From Tubulanus polymorphus (Eukaryota; Animalia; Nemertea), in assembly GCF_964204645.1 (NCBI RefSeq), contig NC_134031.1, positions 12,945,807 through 13,009,806 on the forward strand: 64,000 nucleotides of DNA, in the 5' to 3' direction. Within the stretch, counting starts at the first letter, position 1, and each line of letters begins with the position of its first letter. This document shows positions 39,324 to 50,197 of the stretch, piece by piece. The translations under genes were made by a program, and so were the position numbers. Below the pieces are notes generated by a model. That model saw only the letters and a list, made by a program, of their open reading frames with translations, had not been told where the DNA came from and ran no database searches.

Positions 39324-39926
39324 ATGTCAAAGAAATCTAATAAGAATAGTATTGATATTGAAAAGACATTAGATGATTTGGGTATAAGTGATAATAAAGA
39401 TACAGTTGTTTCTAATTCTATTCAAGTTAATAACAATATTGATTATGACTACTATTTATATTGTAAGCATCATCTTCAATTATTAATTGCTGGCGGGAAA
39501 TCTAAGGATTTCTTGGGAAAAATTTTAACTTATCAAGAACTAGATGCTATGAAACCCGATAAAGTAATAAAATATTTTAAGATTTATGAAGAAGCTAGAT
39601 TAGCTAGAATAAATGATTCTATTTCAGATGGTATTGTCAAATGTTATTCTAAGTTATGTAACCAGTTAATACCAATTGATGATGAAAATAAATTATATAG
39701 TGATTTGAAAAATGACTATTTAGTTATGATTGAATTACAAAAATGGGTTGGTTATGCTTCATTTCAATTAGGATCGGTTATGACATTAATTTCTACTGGC
39801 GTCATTACATTTTCGAATATCAAACCTATGGAATATAAATCAGGTAAGAACGAAACAGATGTACTACAACCAAACCGTGAAACAGAAAATGAATCAGAAC
39901 AAAAATTAACTAAAATAAATGAGTGA
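39324..39926 (+). CDS. Hypothetical 200-aa protein
   Basis: Homologue of 57503-58108 (LYSDLKNDYLVM). Confidence 0.8.
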   Translation: MSKKSNKNSIDIEKTLDDLGISDNKDTVVSNSIQVNNNIDYDYYLYCKHHLQLLIAGGKSKDFLGKILTYQELDAMKPDKVIKYFKIYEEARLARINDSISDGIVKCYSKLCNQLIPIDDENKLYSDLKNDYLVMIELQKWVGYASFQLGSVMTLISTGVITFSNIKPMEYKSGKNETDVLQPNRETENESEQKLTKINE

Positions 39927-40287
39927 TAGCGTTAAGAAAAAGGCTAGATCCGAGAAACAAATTAAATGGGCAAGAGAATTAGGTAAAAGATCTTCAGAAT
40001 TAAAAAAAGCTAAGAAAAAGAAATTAACAGATATAAATGAATCACAGACTTTATCTGATATTGATTCAAATAATAATCCATCTAATTCTTCTAATGCTGG
40101 AAGTAATTATAAATTATATATTACAATTGGATTAGTAACAGTTATTATATTATCCGGTGTAATATATAAATCAAAATTCAAATCTGATGATAAAGATGAT
40201 TCCAATGACAATAAACCTATCATACCAGAAAATAAGTCAAATCCTAAAACCATTGAAAATAACCCAAGATTATTATTAATGGATTAA
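39919..40287 (+). CDS. Single-TM protein (122 aa)
   Basis: KQIKWARELG motif plus TM; homologue 58041-58409. Confidence 0.8.
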   Translation: MSDSVKKKARSEKQIKWARELGKRSSELKKAKKKKLTDINESQTLSDIDSNNNPSNSSNAGSNYKLYITIGLVTVIILSGVIYKSKFKSDDKDDSNDNKPIIPENKSNPKTIENNPRLLLMD

Positions 40288-40293
40288 AAGAAG

Positions 40294-41402
40294 ATGTAAA
40301 AAGAACAATATTTAAGAGATTTATATTATAACCCAGAAAGTGAAGTATCATATTCTAACGTTTCAGAATTATGGAATAAAATTAAATCTGATAATGAAAA
40401 TGGTGATGGTGCCGTATGGCACCCACATGGTGATTTAAAATATAGTGAATTGAAATCATGGTTACGAAATCAACCAACATATCAAATCCACAAGAAAATG
40501 GATAAAACTTATTTAACAAGAAAAGTTATGGTTTCATATATCGATCAACAATGGCAAGCAGATTTAATTGACATGAAGAACTTAGAGGAATACAACAAAG
40601 GATATTTCTGGATACTGGATGTTATAGACATATTCAGTAGATACGCATGGTCAATTCCAATCAAAAATAAAACTGGAATAGAAGTAACAAATGCTTTTAA
40701 ATCTATATTTAAAGAAGCTATTCCAGATAAGATACAATTTGATGAAGGTAAGGAATTCTATAACAAACATTTTTAAAAACTATTATCTGATAACGATGTA
40801 GAATATTTTTCAACACACTCAGATAAAAAAGCATCTATTATAGAAAGATTTAATAAAACATTGAAATCTAGAATGTGGAAATATTTTACTGTTAATGAAA
40901 CATATAAATATATCGATGTATTAGATGATTTAGTGAACGGTTATAATAATTCTAAACATAGTTCTATAAATATGAAACCTATACAAGCTAGAAAAGAAGA
41001 TAATTCGGAAATAGTTTGTAATAATTTATATGGAGCGTTTGTTACACGTGATTTCGGTGAACCTAAATTGAAATTGGACAACACGTAAGAATATCTAAAT
41101 ATAGAAAAACATTTTATAAAGGTTATACTCCAAATTTTACTGAAGAAATATTCAAGATTAAAAAGATAATATTAACTAAACCATTGTTTATAAACTAGAA
41201 GATCTAAAAGATGAAGAAATATTAGGTTATTTCTATGAACAAGAATTATCACTTGTACCAAATCCAGATAAAATAGAATACAAAATAGAAAAAGTATTGA
41301 AAACAAAAACTCTTAAAGGAAAAAAGTATTCTTTGGTGAAATATAAAGGATATGATGATAAATTTAATGAATGGATTTTATCTAGTAAAATTAAAAGAAT
41401 AA
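40294..41402 (+). pseudogene. Integrase with chromodomain (B), disrupted
   Basis: ATG TAA at start, several frameshifts; near-identical to A integrase; ends YKIEKVL..VKYKGYDDKFNEWI. Confidence 0.9.
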
Positions 41403-42014
41403 ATGAATAAAGATTTATTTATATTTGAACCGCATAATATGTTAGTTACTGGTGTAACAAACTGTGGTAAAACACATTTCATATTAGATTTGTTAGAAAC
41501 TATTTATAAGAATCATTTTGATAATATAATATTATTCTGCCCCACTTATGAAATGAATGAAACATGTAATAGAGATATAGTTAAGATGAAAAAGTTTATT
41601 ATATTAGATCCTAAAACAGTAAAAGAAAATTTAGATAATTGTATAAAAATAGCAATTGATACTTATAAAGGATCAAATACATTATTCATTATAGATGATT
41701 GCGCTAATTTACATGATTCAAAAGTTAGAGAAAGTGAGTTATGTTATCTAGCTTTCTCTGGGGGACATTTCGGGATAACAACATGGGTTTTAAATCAAAA
41801 ATATAATTCAATTGTTAAAGACTTTAGGGAGAATATAAGATTTCTAGTTTTATTCTACAATAAAGATAGAAAATCTATGCAACAATCATTGGGAGAAAAT
41901 CAAATTATACCTACTGAATTACATGATGAATATATGAATAAATTAAAGAATAATACAGGTTCAAAATTATTACTGAGACTACAATTTCCCTATGAAAATA
42001 AATTTATAAAATAA
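41403..42014 (+). CDS. Packaging ATPase (B)
   Basis: Walker A/B; conserved GRH changed to GGH. Confidence 0.9.
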   Translation: MNKDLFIFEPHNMLVTGVTNCGKTHFILDLLETIYKNHFDNIILFCPTYEMNETCNRDIVKMKKFIILDPKTVKENLDNCIKIAIDTYKGSNTLFIIDDCANLHDSKVRESELCYLAFSGGHFGITTWVLNQKYNSIVKDFRENIRFLVLFYNKDRKSMQQSLGENQIIPTELHDEYMNKLKNNTGSKLLLRLQFPYENKFIK

Positions 42015-42045
42015 CTATTTATATATTTATTCTATAAGAGCTTAC

Positions 42046-42513
42046 ACTTTTATATTGAATAATCTGTCAATTTAAATGTTATTCATGTATATGATTATTC
42101 TAAGAGTAATAGGGGTAATAGGCTTTCAGGTTAAAGGTTGAATGGTCGAGTTCATTAAAAACAAATATTAAAAGTAATTTAAAACTATAATATATTTTCA
42201 TAACCGTGTGTATTTCAGTTGAATAATAGAATAATTATTATTATTAAAATATATTTGATTATATGAATTTGTGTATTGTAAATAAATCAATTGGTCGCGG
42301 AGCGGAGCGGTAGCGAAGTGGAGCGACCAATTGATTTAATACAATATGCTTTTTAAATTTAAATTATTGATATCTTAGAATAAATATTTAGTTATAATAT
42401 AAAATACACACGGTTATGAAAATATATTATAGTTTTAAATTACTTTTAATGTTTTGTTTTTAATGAGCTCGACCGTTCGACCTTTGATCTGAAAGCCTAT
42501 TACCCCTATTACT
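42046..42513 (-). repeat. Right TIR of B with palindrome 42105-42513
   Basis: Reverse complement of left TIR with few differences. Confidence 0.95.
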
Positions 42514-42680
42514 ACTGTGCCCGGCCTATTCGGTTACAGTAGCAGGTCGTTGTTACTGGTTCCCTACAACGTTGTTTGTGAAACGACGGCTGTACTAGCC
42601 TAAGTAATTGGAAAAGTGGGCTTTCAGATCAGAGTACGAGAGTACGAGACACCACTCATCACCACAAGTTTTCCTTATAA

Positions 42681-45600
42681 ATGGGGGAGAATGAACACCA
42701 ACCAGAAAACAGTAATGTCAATAAAAATCAATATTATTGTCAATATTGTAAAAAATACATCGATAAATCTAATAAATCTAAACATGAAAAATCTTCAAAT
42801 CATATAAAAAATGTTATAGATTTTGAAACTCCAGAAAATTCCAATGAAAGAAAAGAACGATTAGAAAATATGAATGTGGATGAAATAAAATGTGAAGTTT
42901 GTAATGAATTTATAGTAAAAAGGAATTATAATAGACATCTCGAATCACAAAAACACCATCAAAATTTGAGTAATAATGTTTTAGGAAAAGATTATTTTGA
43001 CGATAAACCTCAAAAAGTAAAAAAAACCAACTTCAAAAACTAAATCCATTTCAAATAAACCTTACATGGAAAATGTTAGAAATTATATTGATTCACTAGA
43101 AAAGATACAATTGAAATTTTAGAAACATTACATAGTAAAATTGGTCCTGCATAAATTTAATGAAATAATAGAAAAAATACTAGATTTGATAACAGATGTT
43201 GAATATCCAAAAATTAGTATCTCTGGGAAAGTAAGTTTTATAAAGTCAGAAGAAAAAATGGATTATAATATTCAAACACTCTCTGAAGAAATAATTTCAA
43301 AAACACAAATAAAAGAGAAGTTAGAAAAAATATTAAATGAATTTAAACGTCATATTGAAGAAAGATATTTTGAGGGTTCTGGCTTAACATTGGATGAAAT
43401 TATATATTTAGATTTAAATGTTTATAATACAAAAAGAAATAAAACATCAAAAAGTAATAAAATGTTTAAAAATGATTCAAACTTTACAACAGAAAAGGAT
43501 ATTAAAGCATCATCTTATATTAAATTACCATTTATAACAAAAGCAGTAATAAATATTCAAAATGAAGACAACAAATGTTTTCTGTGGGCAATTATTAGTT
43601 GCTTACATCCATCACAGGAAAATGTTTGTAGAATAACAGATTATCGGAAATATGAAACATTATATAAAATTGATCAATATCCAGTAACTATAAAAATGAT
43701 TCCTAAAATAGAAAAAGTTAATAATTTAAAAATAAATGTATTTGAATTAATGCAATTACCAAAGACAAAAGGTGAAAATATTAAAGATTATACATTGGAA
43801 GCTTTATATTTAACAGAATATTATGATGATGAAAATGCTATAGATTTGTTATATTACAAAAAAGATGAAAATGAACATTATATGTGGTTAAAACAAATTG
43901 ATTTATTCTTTAGAACAGAAAGTGATCATCATCATAAAATTTATCTATGTAGAAAATGTTTATCTAAATTTATGACTGAGAATACATTACTAAAACATAA
44001 AGAATTATGTGATAATAAAGATTTTTGTAAATTAATAATGCCAACAGAAAAAGATTATAAATTGAAATTTACTAATCATAAATTTAAAAATATTGTTCCA
44101 TTTGTAATTTATGGGGATTTTGAATCGTTGAATAAAGAATTAACTAATCAAGATAGAAAAGAAATATATAACAAAAAGCAATTATTAAAATCAATGGATA
44201 AAGGAAATGAATTAAATGAAGACACAATACAAGACCCACCAATTATAAATACAATTAAAAAAGTTCATCAAAGAGCTGCTGCTTATGGAATTTATATAAA
44301 ATCAAATTATCCCGAATTATATGAAAGTCAATATATTTCTTTTAGAGGTGAAAATGTAGTTAATGATTTTTGTGATAAAATGATTGAATTAGAAAGTGAT
44401 TTTGCAAAATTATTAAACAAAAATAAAAGAATAGTTATGACAAAAGAAGATGAAATTGATTTTAATTATGCAACTCATTGTTGTTACTGTGAAAAACGTT
44501 TTTATTCATTTGATAAAAAAGTTAGAGATCATAATCATTTGAATGGAAAGTTTAGAGGCGCTGCACATGAGAATTGTAATTTGCAAGCAAAGAAAATCAA
44601 TTTTGTCCCCATTATATTTCACAATTTATCGGGGTATGACGCGCATTTATTTATCAAACAGTTATGCTATAAAATAGAAGAAATTAATAATGAAATAGAA
44701 AGATTAAATTCAAATAGATCAAAAGATAAAATACCAACTTATAAATTAAAAATACTAGCTAAAACATCTGAAAATTATATTTCATTTCAATTTGGTTACA
44801 TTAGATTTTTAGATTCTTATAGATTTCTAGCAAGTTCATTAGATAATTTATCAAAAAGTTTAGTTGATAATGATTTTGTTATAACTCGATATTATTATCC
44901 AAATGACCAAGATTTTAAATTATTGAGATATAAAGGTGCAATTCCTTATTCATTTTATAAAACACATGATGATTTTAATGTAACAGAATTATTAAAAGAT
45001 CAATTTTATGATAAATTAAAAGAGGAGTATGTGAAAGACGAAGTGTTTAATAGAACATTAAATATTTGGAACCATTTTAAGATGAAAAATCATGGTGAAT
45101 TAGTTGATTTATATTTAAAATCAGATGTTATGATATTGGCTGACATATTTGAAAAATTTAGAGAAGTTAATTTGAATCATTTTAATGTTGATCCTTGTTA
45201 TTGCTACTCTAGTCCTGGTTTAACCTGGCAATGTGGTTTAAAATATACAAATGTAGAATTAGATTTATTAAAAGAACCAGATATGGTTTTATTATTTGAA
45301 AAATCAATTAGAGGTGGAATTAGTGGTGTTATGGGAGATAGGTATTTTAAAGCAAATGATGAATATAAATTATTATATATTGACGCCAATAATTTATATG
45401 GTTGGGCAATGATGCAACCTCAACCATATAAAAATTTTATATTAACAGAAGTTGAAAATGGTGATAAAACTGATTGGGAAAGCGCAATTGCGAGTTTAAA
45501 AGATGAAGCACCAATTGGTTATTTCTTTGTAGTTGATTTAGAATATCCTGAAAATATAAAGTTTAAAACAAGAAACTTACCTTATTGCCCAGAACATTTA

Positions 45601-47696
45601 ACTGTAGATGATAGTTATTTAAGTGAATACCAGAAGAAAATAAAACCGAAAGATCATGTTTTTACAGAAAAATTAATACTTACTCAAAATAATAAATACA
45701 ATTATATTGTTCATTATGGAATGTTAAAATTTTATCTAAAACAAGGAATGAAATTAAAGAAAGTACATAGATATATTGAATTTAATCAATCGAAGTGGTT
45801 AGAAAAATATATAGATTTCAATACTCAACAGAGAACCATATCAAAAACAGATTTTGAAAAAGATTTTTTCAAATTGATGAACAATAGTTTTTATGGAAAA
45901 ACATGTGAAAATATTAGAAATAGAAATGATATTGAATTAGTAAATAATTCTGAAAGATTAAGACATTTACAATCAAGTCCTAGACATTTAGGAAATAAAA
46001 GGTTTGAAGATTATTTAACCGCGGTAAAATTAAAAAGAACGTCCATGAAATTTAATAAACCAATATTTATAGGTTCAACTGTTTTAGAAATTTCAAAACT
46101 ATTGATGTATGAATTCTATTATAATGTTTTACAACCACTTTTTGGAGAAAAACATATAGAAATATTATATTTTGATTCTGTAACAGCTGACACCCCAATA
46201 TTATTAAAATGTAATAATAAAATATTGGTAAGAAGAATTTCAGAAATAATTCCAAAACAAAATGAATGTTATATTTCATATGGTGAAAAAGAACTAATAC
46301 AAATAAATGGTTTAATGGATGTTTGGACAAGAAATGGATGGAAAAAATTAAAGAATATTATTAGGCATAAAACAAATAAGAAAATCTATAGAGTTAGAAC
46401 TAAATTAGGATTTGTAGATGTTACAGAAGATCATAGTTTAATTAAACGAAATGGTGATGAAATAAAACCAACTGATATAAAAATTGGAGATGAATTATTA
46501 CATAAAAGATTTTTCCAAAGAATGAATCATATGTCATTTGATGAAATAATTGATAATATTTATAATATAGAACCCGAAACATTGGAAGAAAAAGAATATT
46601 TTATCAAAGGATTTTTCATGGGTGATGGTTCAGCAGGTGTGTATAATTATGTTAGTGGAACTAAATATTGTTGGTATTTATGCAATCAAGACTTAAAATT
46701 ATTAGAAAGAATTAAGAAATTCTGTGAAGAAGTTTATCCAAATAAAACATTCAAAATCATAGATGTTATGAAATCATCGCAATGTTATAGAATACATGTG
46801 AATAATCCTAAAGATTTTGCTACAAAATATAATGATGAATTCTATATTAATGCAATAGTGAAAAGTAATACTTCAACAAAAGAAAAGATAGTTCCAGATT
46901 ATGTATTGAATGCAAAAAATAATTTAAGAAAGTGGTTCTTCATTGGATTCTATGCCGCAGATGGTTCAAAAAGGTTCCAAAACCGCAAAACAATATCCTT
47001 TGCTCAAAAAGGAAAAGTTGCTATATCAGGATTGAATATATTATGTAGTTCATTAGGATTTAATATGAATATAGAATTAATTAAATCTAAACCAAATTGT
47101 TTTAATTTAAGGCATGCAGAAAAAGAATTAACAGAAGAAGTTAAAGATTTATTTGAAATATATAACCCAACTGACTATGTTTATGATTTATCAACAGATG
47201 ATGGAACATTCAATTCTGGGTTCCCATTAATCCAAAAAATACTGACGCCTACATTCTAAAAATCAAGACAAATGACATAACAAAAGACTTAAAAACATTA
47301 AAACATTATTTTGATTTTAGCAATTATCCTAAAGATCATGAACTATTTAGCAATGATAATAAAAAGATTCCTGGTAAGTTTAAAGATGAATTAGGAGGTG
47401 ATGAAATGATTGAATTTGTTGGGATAAGAAGTAAAATGTATAGTTACAGAACAAAAGATCATGAAGCTAAAAAGTTAAAAGGAATAACAAAACATGTGGT
47501 TGATAAACATATAGAATTTCAAGATTATATAAAGTGTTTATATAAATCAATTGTAATGAAACACAAAATGAATTGTTTAAGATCAGAAGATCATGAGATG
47601 TACATTAATGAAGTTGAAAAAACTAGTTTAAATCCATTTGATGATAAAAGGCATATTTTAGATGATGGTATAAAAACATCACCTTATGGCCATTAA
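42681..47696 (+). pseudogene. polB: pPolB (C) containing an intein; frameshifts at 5' end and at intein C-terminus
   Basis: ORFs 42681-43043, 43141-47259, 47406-47696; same motifs as A and B but divergent. Confidence 0.93.
46177..47240 (+). mobile_element. Intein with LAGLIDADG homing endonuclease (~355 aa)
   Basis: Insert between YFD and TD; block A SVTADTPI, block B VDVTEDHSL, IKGFFMGDG and FIGFYAADG, block F YVYDLST, end IQKN/T if one A is restored. Confidence 0.93.
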
Positions 47697-48994
47697 AACA
47701 TAAAATCAATATCATCATACTCGAAATCACTATTGGCTTCTTCATTTTCATTTAATTGTTCAGGTTCTTCTTCCATTCCATTTTTCTCATTTAAATAAAG
47801 TTCTATCTTGTTCCACATTTCATCTCGCTCTCTTTGTTTCTTTTTGTTTGTTAATTCATCAAATGGAATTATAATATCTAGGTTTAAATAATTTACAATC
47901 TTATTTAAAAAGAATTCATAATTTATTGAATCTGTTATTCTATTTTCCAAATGATACATTAATATTTGTTTGAATATTTTTTTTATATTTTTCATATCTT
48001 CTTCTGTTAATTTAGGTTTTTCATAATAATCATTAAATAATAAATATAAATACATTTTCTTTTCTTTTGTGTTAAATGTTGATGGAATAATTGTTTTTAT
48101 AATATCTTTTTTAGTTATTTCACCATTTTCATTTTCTATTATTTTCATTTTTTCAAACCATTGCATATATTCTGGTGTATGATCTTCTATAGAAAATATT
48201 TTAAAAATTTCATCAAGATAATTTAATTTTGGATCTATGAGAAAATCTCTAGTTTTTTCTTCACCTAATAAATTCTTTTGCCATCCACATTCATTACAAA
48301 ATATCACAGGACCTTCTTGTCTTAAGTACTCATAAATACATTGTGGGCATTTTTTTCTATCATAGCTTGGTAATAGATCTTCATTAAGCTCTTGGTATTT
48401 TCTTACGTTTTCTTTATGTTTTATTGTTCTATTATGTAGATTTGAATTACTTGTTGTAATAATCAATTTACAATATTTACAATAATATGTTTTTCTTGTT
48501 AATTCATTATATTGTTTTTCTAACTTTTCAACTGTTTCTTCATTATCTGGTAACGTTTTCTCATATTTTATTTTTTCTAATAAATTATTTTTTCTTTCAT
48601 TAAATTCAGTTTCAAATTTATTAGAAATTTTATCTATATGTACTTTACGAAATTGATGATTCTCCCAATCTTCTATATTTTCAGGGTTATATTTTATTCG
48701 ACAAGGCTCACAGAAATGATCTTTTATATTATCCTTATCATAGAATAAGAAAGGTCTTTTCCAAATAACTTCAGGTTCAACTTCAGCAGAATTACTATCA
48801 ACATTAGCCGTTGCGCCATTAATTCTACACTTCTCTGAATGTTTTTTAACATAATTTCTTGAGAATAATTTATTACATTTTGGACAGTTTATTTTAGGGG
48901 GTTTATAATTTTCATCATGTTTTTTCATATGTCGAGCCATATTACTTTTTCTTAGAAGTTCACCACAAATTTCGCATGCTATCTTCTCATCCAT
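47693..48994 (-). CDS. Multi-Zn-finger protein with VLTF3 (poxvirus A2)-like C-terminal region
   Basis: C2H2-like fingers; CPQC..CNECG ribbon; INYEFFLNKIVNYL..ERDEMWNKI resembles the VLTF3 C-terminus as I recall it. Confidence 0.65.
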   Translation of the reverse strand: MDEKIACEICGELLRKSNMARHMKKHDENYKPPKINCPKCNKLFSRNYVKKHSEKCRINGATANVDSNSAEVEPEVIWKRPFLFYDKDNIKDHFCEPCRIKYNPENIEDWENHQFRKVHIDKISNKFETEFNERKNNLLEKIKYEKTLPDNEETVEKLEKQYNELTRKTYYCKYCKLIITTSNSNLHNRTIKHKENVRKYQELNEDLLPSYDRKKCPQCIYEYLRQEGPVIFCNECGWQKNLLGEEKTRDFLIDPKLNYLDEIFKIFSIEDHTPEYMQWFEKMKIIENENGEITKKDIIKTIIPSTFNTKEKKMYLYLLFNDYYEKPKLTEEDMKNIKKIFKQILMYHLENRITDSINYEFFLNKIVNYLNLDIIIPFDELTNKKKQRERDEMWNKIELYLNEKNGMEEEPEQLNENEEANSDFEYDDIDFMF

Positions 48995-49062
48995 TTATTA
49001 AGGAAAAATTTTATTAAAATTAATTTTTAGTGATGAGCGGTAATTTTTTTATGTTATAAATA

Positions 49063-49821
49063 ATGGTAGAATTAAAAGAATACAGAATATTTATTGATTC
49101 TAGAAAACTTACAAATTATAAATCTCATAATTTATTAGTACAATTAGATAGAGAATTCAAGAATTGTGTAGATTTAAAATTAGTTAATATAAGTTTATGT
49201 AATTCTTTTTATAATATATCGGATAAAAGTCTAGAACATTTAATTTTTTCAATCTTTTACAAAAAAAGGAATAAATGGTTTTTTATATATTTAAAACCAG
49301 GATTATATAATTTAGATACATTAACACAAGAAATTAATAGAAAAGCTCGAGCTAAATTAGGAAGTGATTCCGGATTTAGTATTAGAATTTTAAAAAGTGC
49401 TAGTTCTAATAAAATAAAGATTAGGTTAGCTAATGACGAACAATTTAAATTTACAGTAAGAAAACCTTTAGGTAAACTGTTAGGAATTAACCCAGATATT
49501 GTTACAGCATACGCAGAAGGTAAATCAAACTTAATACCTTTTACACATTTTTATATTTATTGCAATTTAATTGACCCAACAAAAACATTTGAAGCAACTA
49601 AAGATACAATTTGTAATTCTGGTTTATTAAATATTTTACCATTAAAAAATGTCAAACAATTTGGAACTCAAATAAATTATAATTTAACTGAATGTGATTT
49701 CAAACCTTGTATTCCACATTTCAATAATTTTAAATTAGAAATAAGAAATCATAATGGTTATTTAATTGATTTGAATAACTTTCCTGTAATTTATGAATTA
49801 GTTATAAGATGTAAAGAGTAA
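49063..49821 (+). CDS. Minor capsid protein (penton), intact
   Basis: 252 aa; YIYCNLIDP, LEIRNHNGYLIDLNN. Confidence 0.78.
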   Translation: MVELKEYRIFIDSRKLTNYKSHNLLVQLDREFKNCVDLKLVNISLCNSFYNISDKSLEHLIFSIFYKKRNKWFFIYLKPGLYNLDTLTQEINRKARAKLGSDSGFSIRILKSASSNKIKIRLANDEQFKFTVRKPLGKLLGINPDIVTAYAEGKSNLIPFTHFYIYCNLIDPTKTFEATKDTICNSGLLNILPLKNVKQFGTQINYNLTECDFKPCIPHFNNFKLEIRNHNGYLIDLNNFPVIYELVIRCKE

Positions 49822-49837
49822 TTTTTCACCTATATAA

Positions 49838-50197
49838 ATGAATATAACTGTTGGACCGAGTATATGTTTTGGGTTTGATTTTAAACGTGAGAAAGAAATG
49901 AAATTTAACATTAATGATGTAATTACACATATCAAAAATATTGCATTTTCTAATGAAACAACATTTGAGTATGAAACAACAATTGATAAAGAAACTTTAA
50001 ATGTAGAAAAGATTACTAATTTAATTAGAGAATCTTTAAGATTTTATGAATTAGATGAAGATTTTATCATCGATGATATCAAAAACATATTAACCGAAAT
50101 ATATGATAATCATAAAACTAGTAATGAAATAAATGTTGAATTAATAATCACTAAGATAACTAAATATTTTGATGATAGTAATTTTTTTGATAAATAA
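49838..50197 (+). CDS. Hypothetical acidic protein
   Basis: Homologue of 8149. Confidence 0.75.
   Translation: MNITVGPSICFGFDFKREKEMKFNINDVITHIKNIAFSNETTFEYETTIDKETLNVEKITNLIRESLRFYELDEDFIIDDIKNILTEIYDNHKTSNEINVELIITKITKYFDDSNFFDK

Larger units (their letters stand above)
24626..42513 (+). mobile_element. Maverick/Polinton element B, full length (17.9 kb)
   Basis: ~460-bp TIRs, AGT...ACT ends, 6-bp TSD ACTGTG at 24620-24625 and 42514-42519, core viral genes. Confidence 0.97.
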
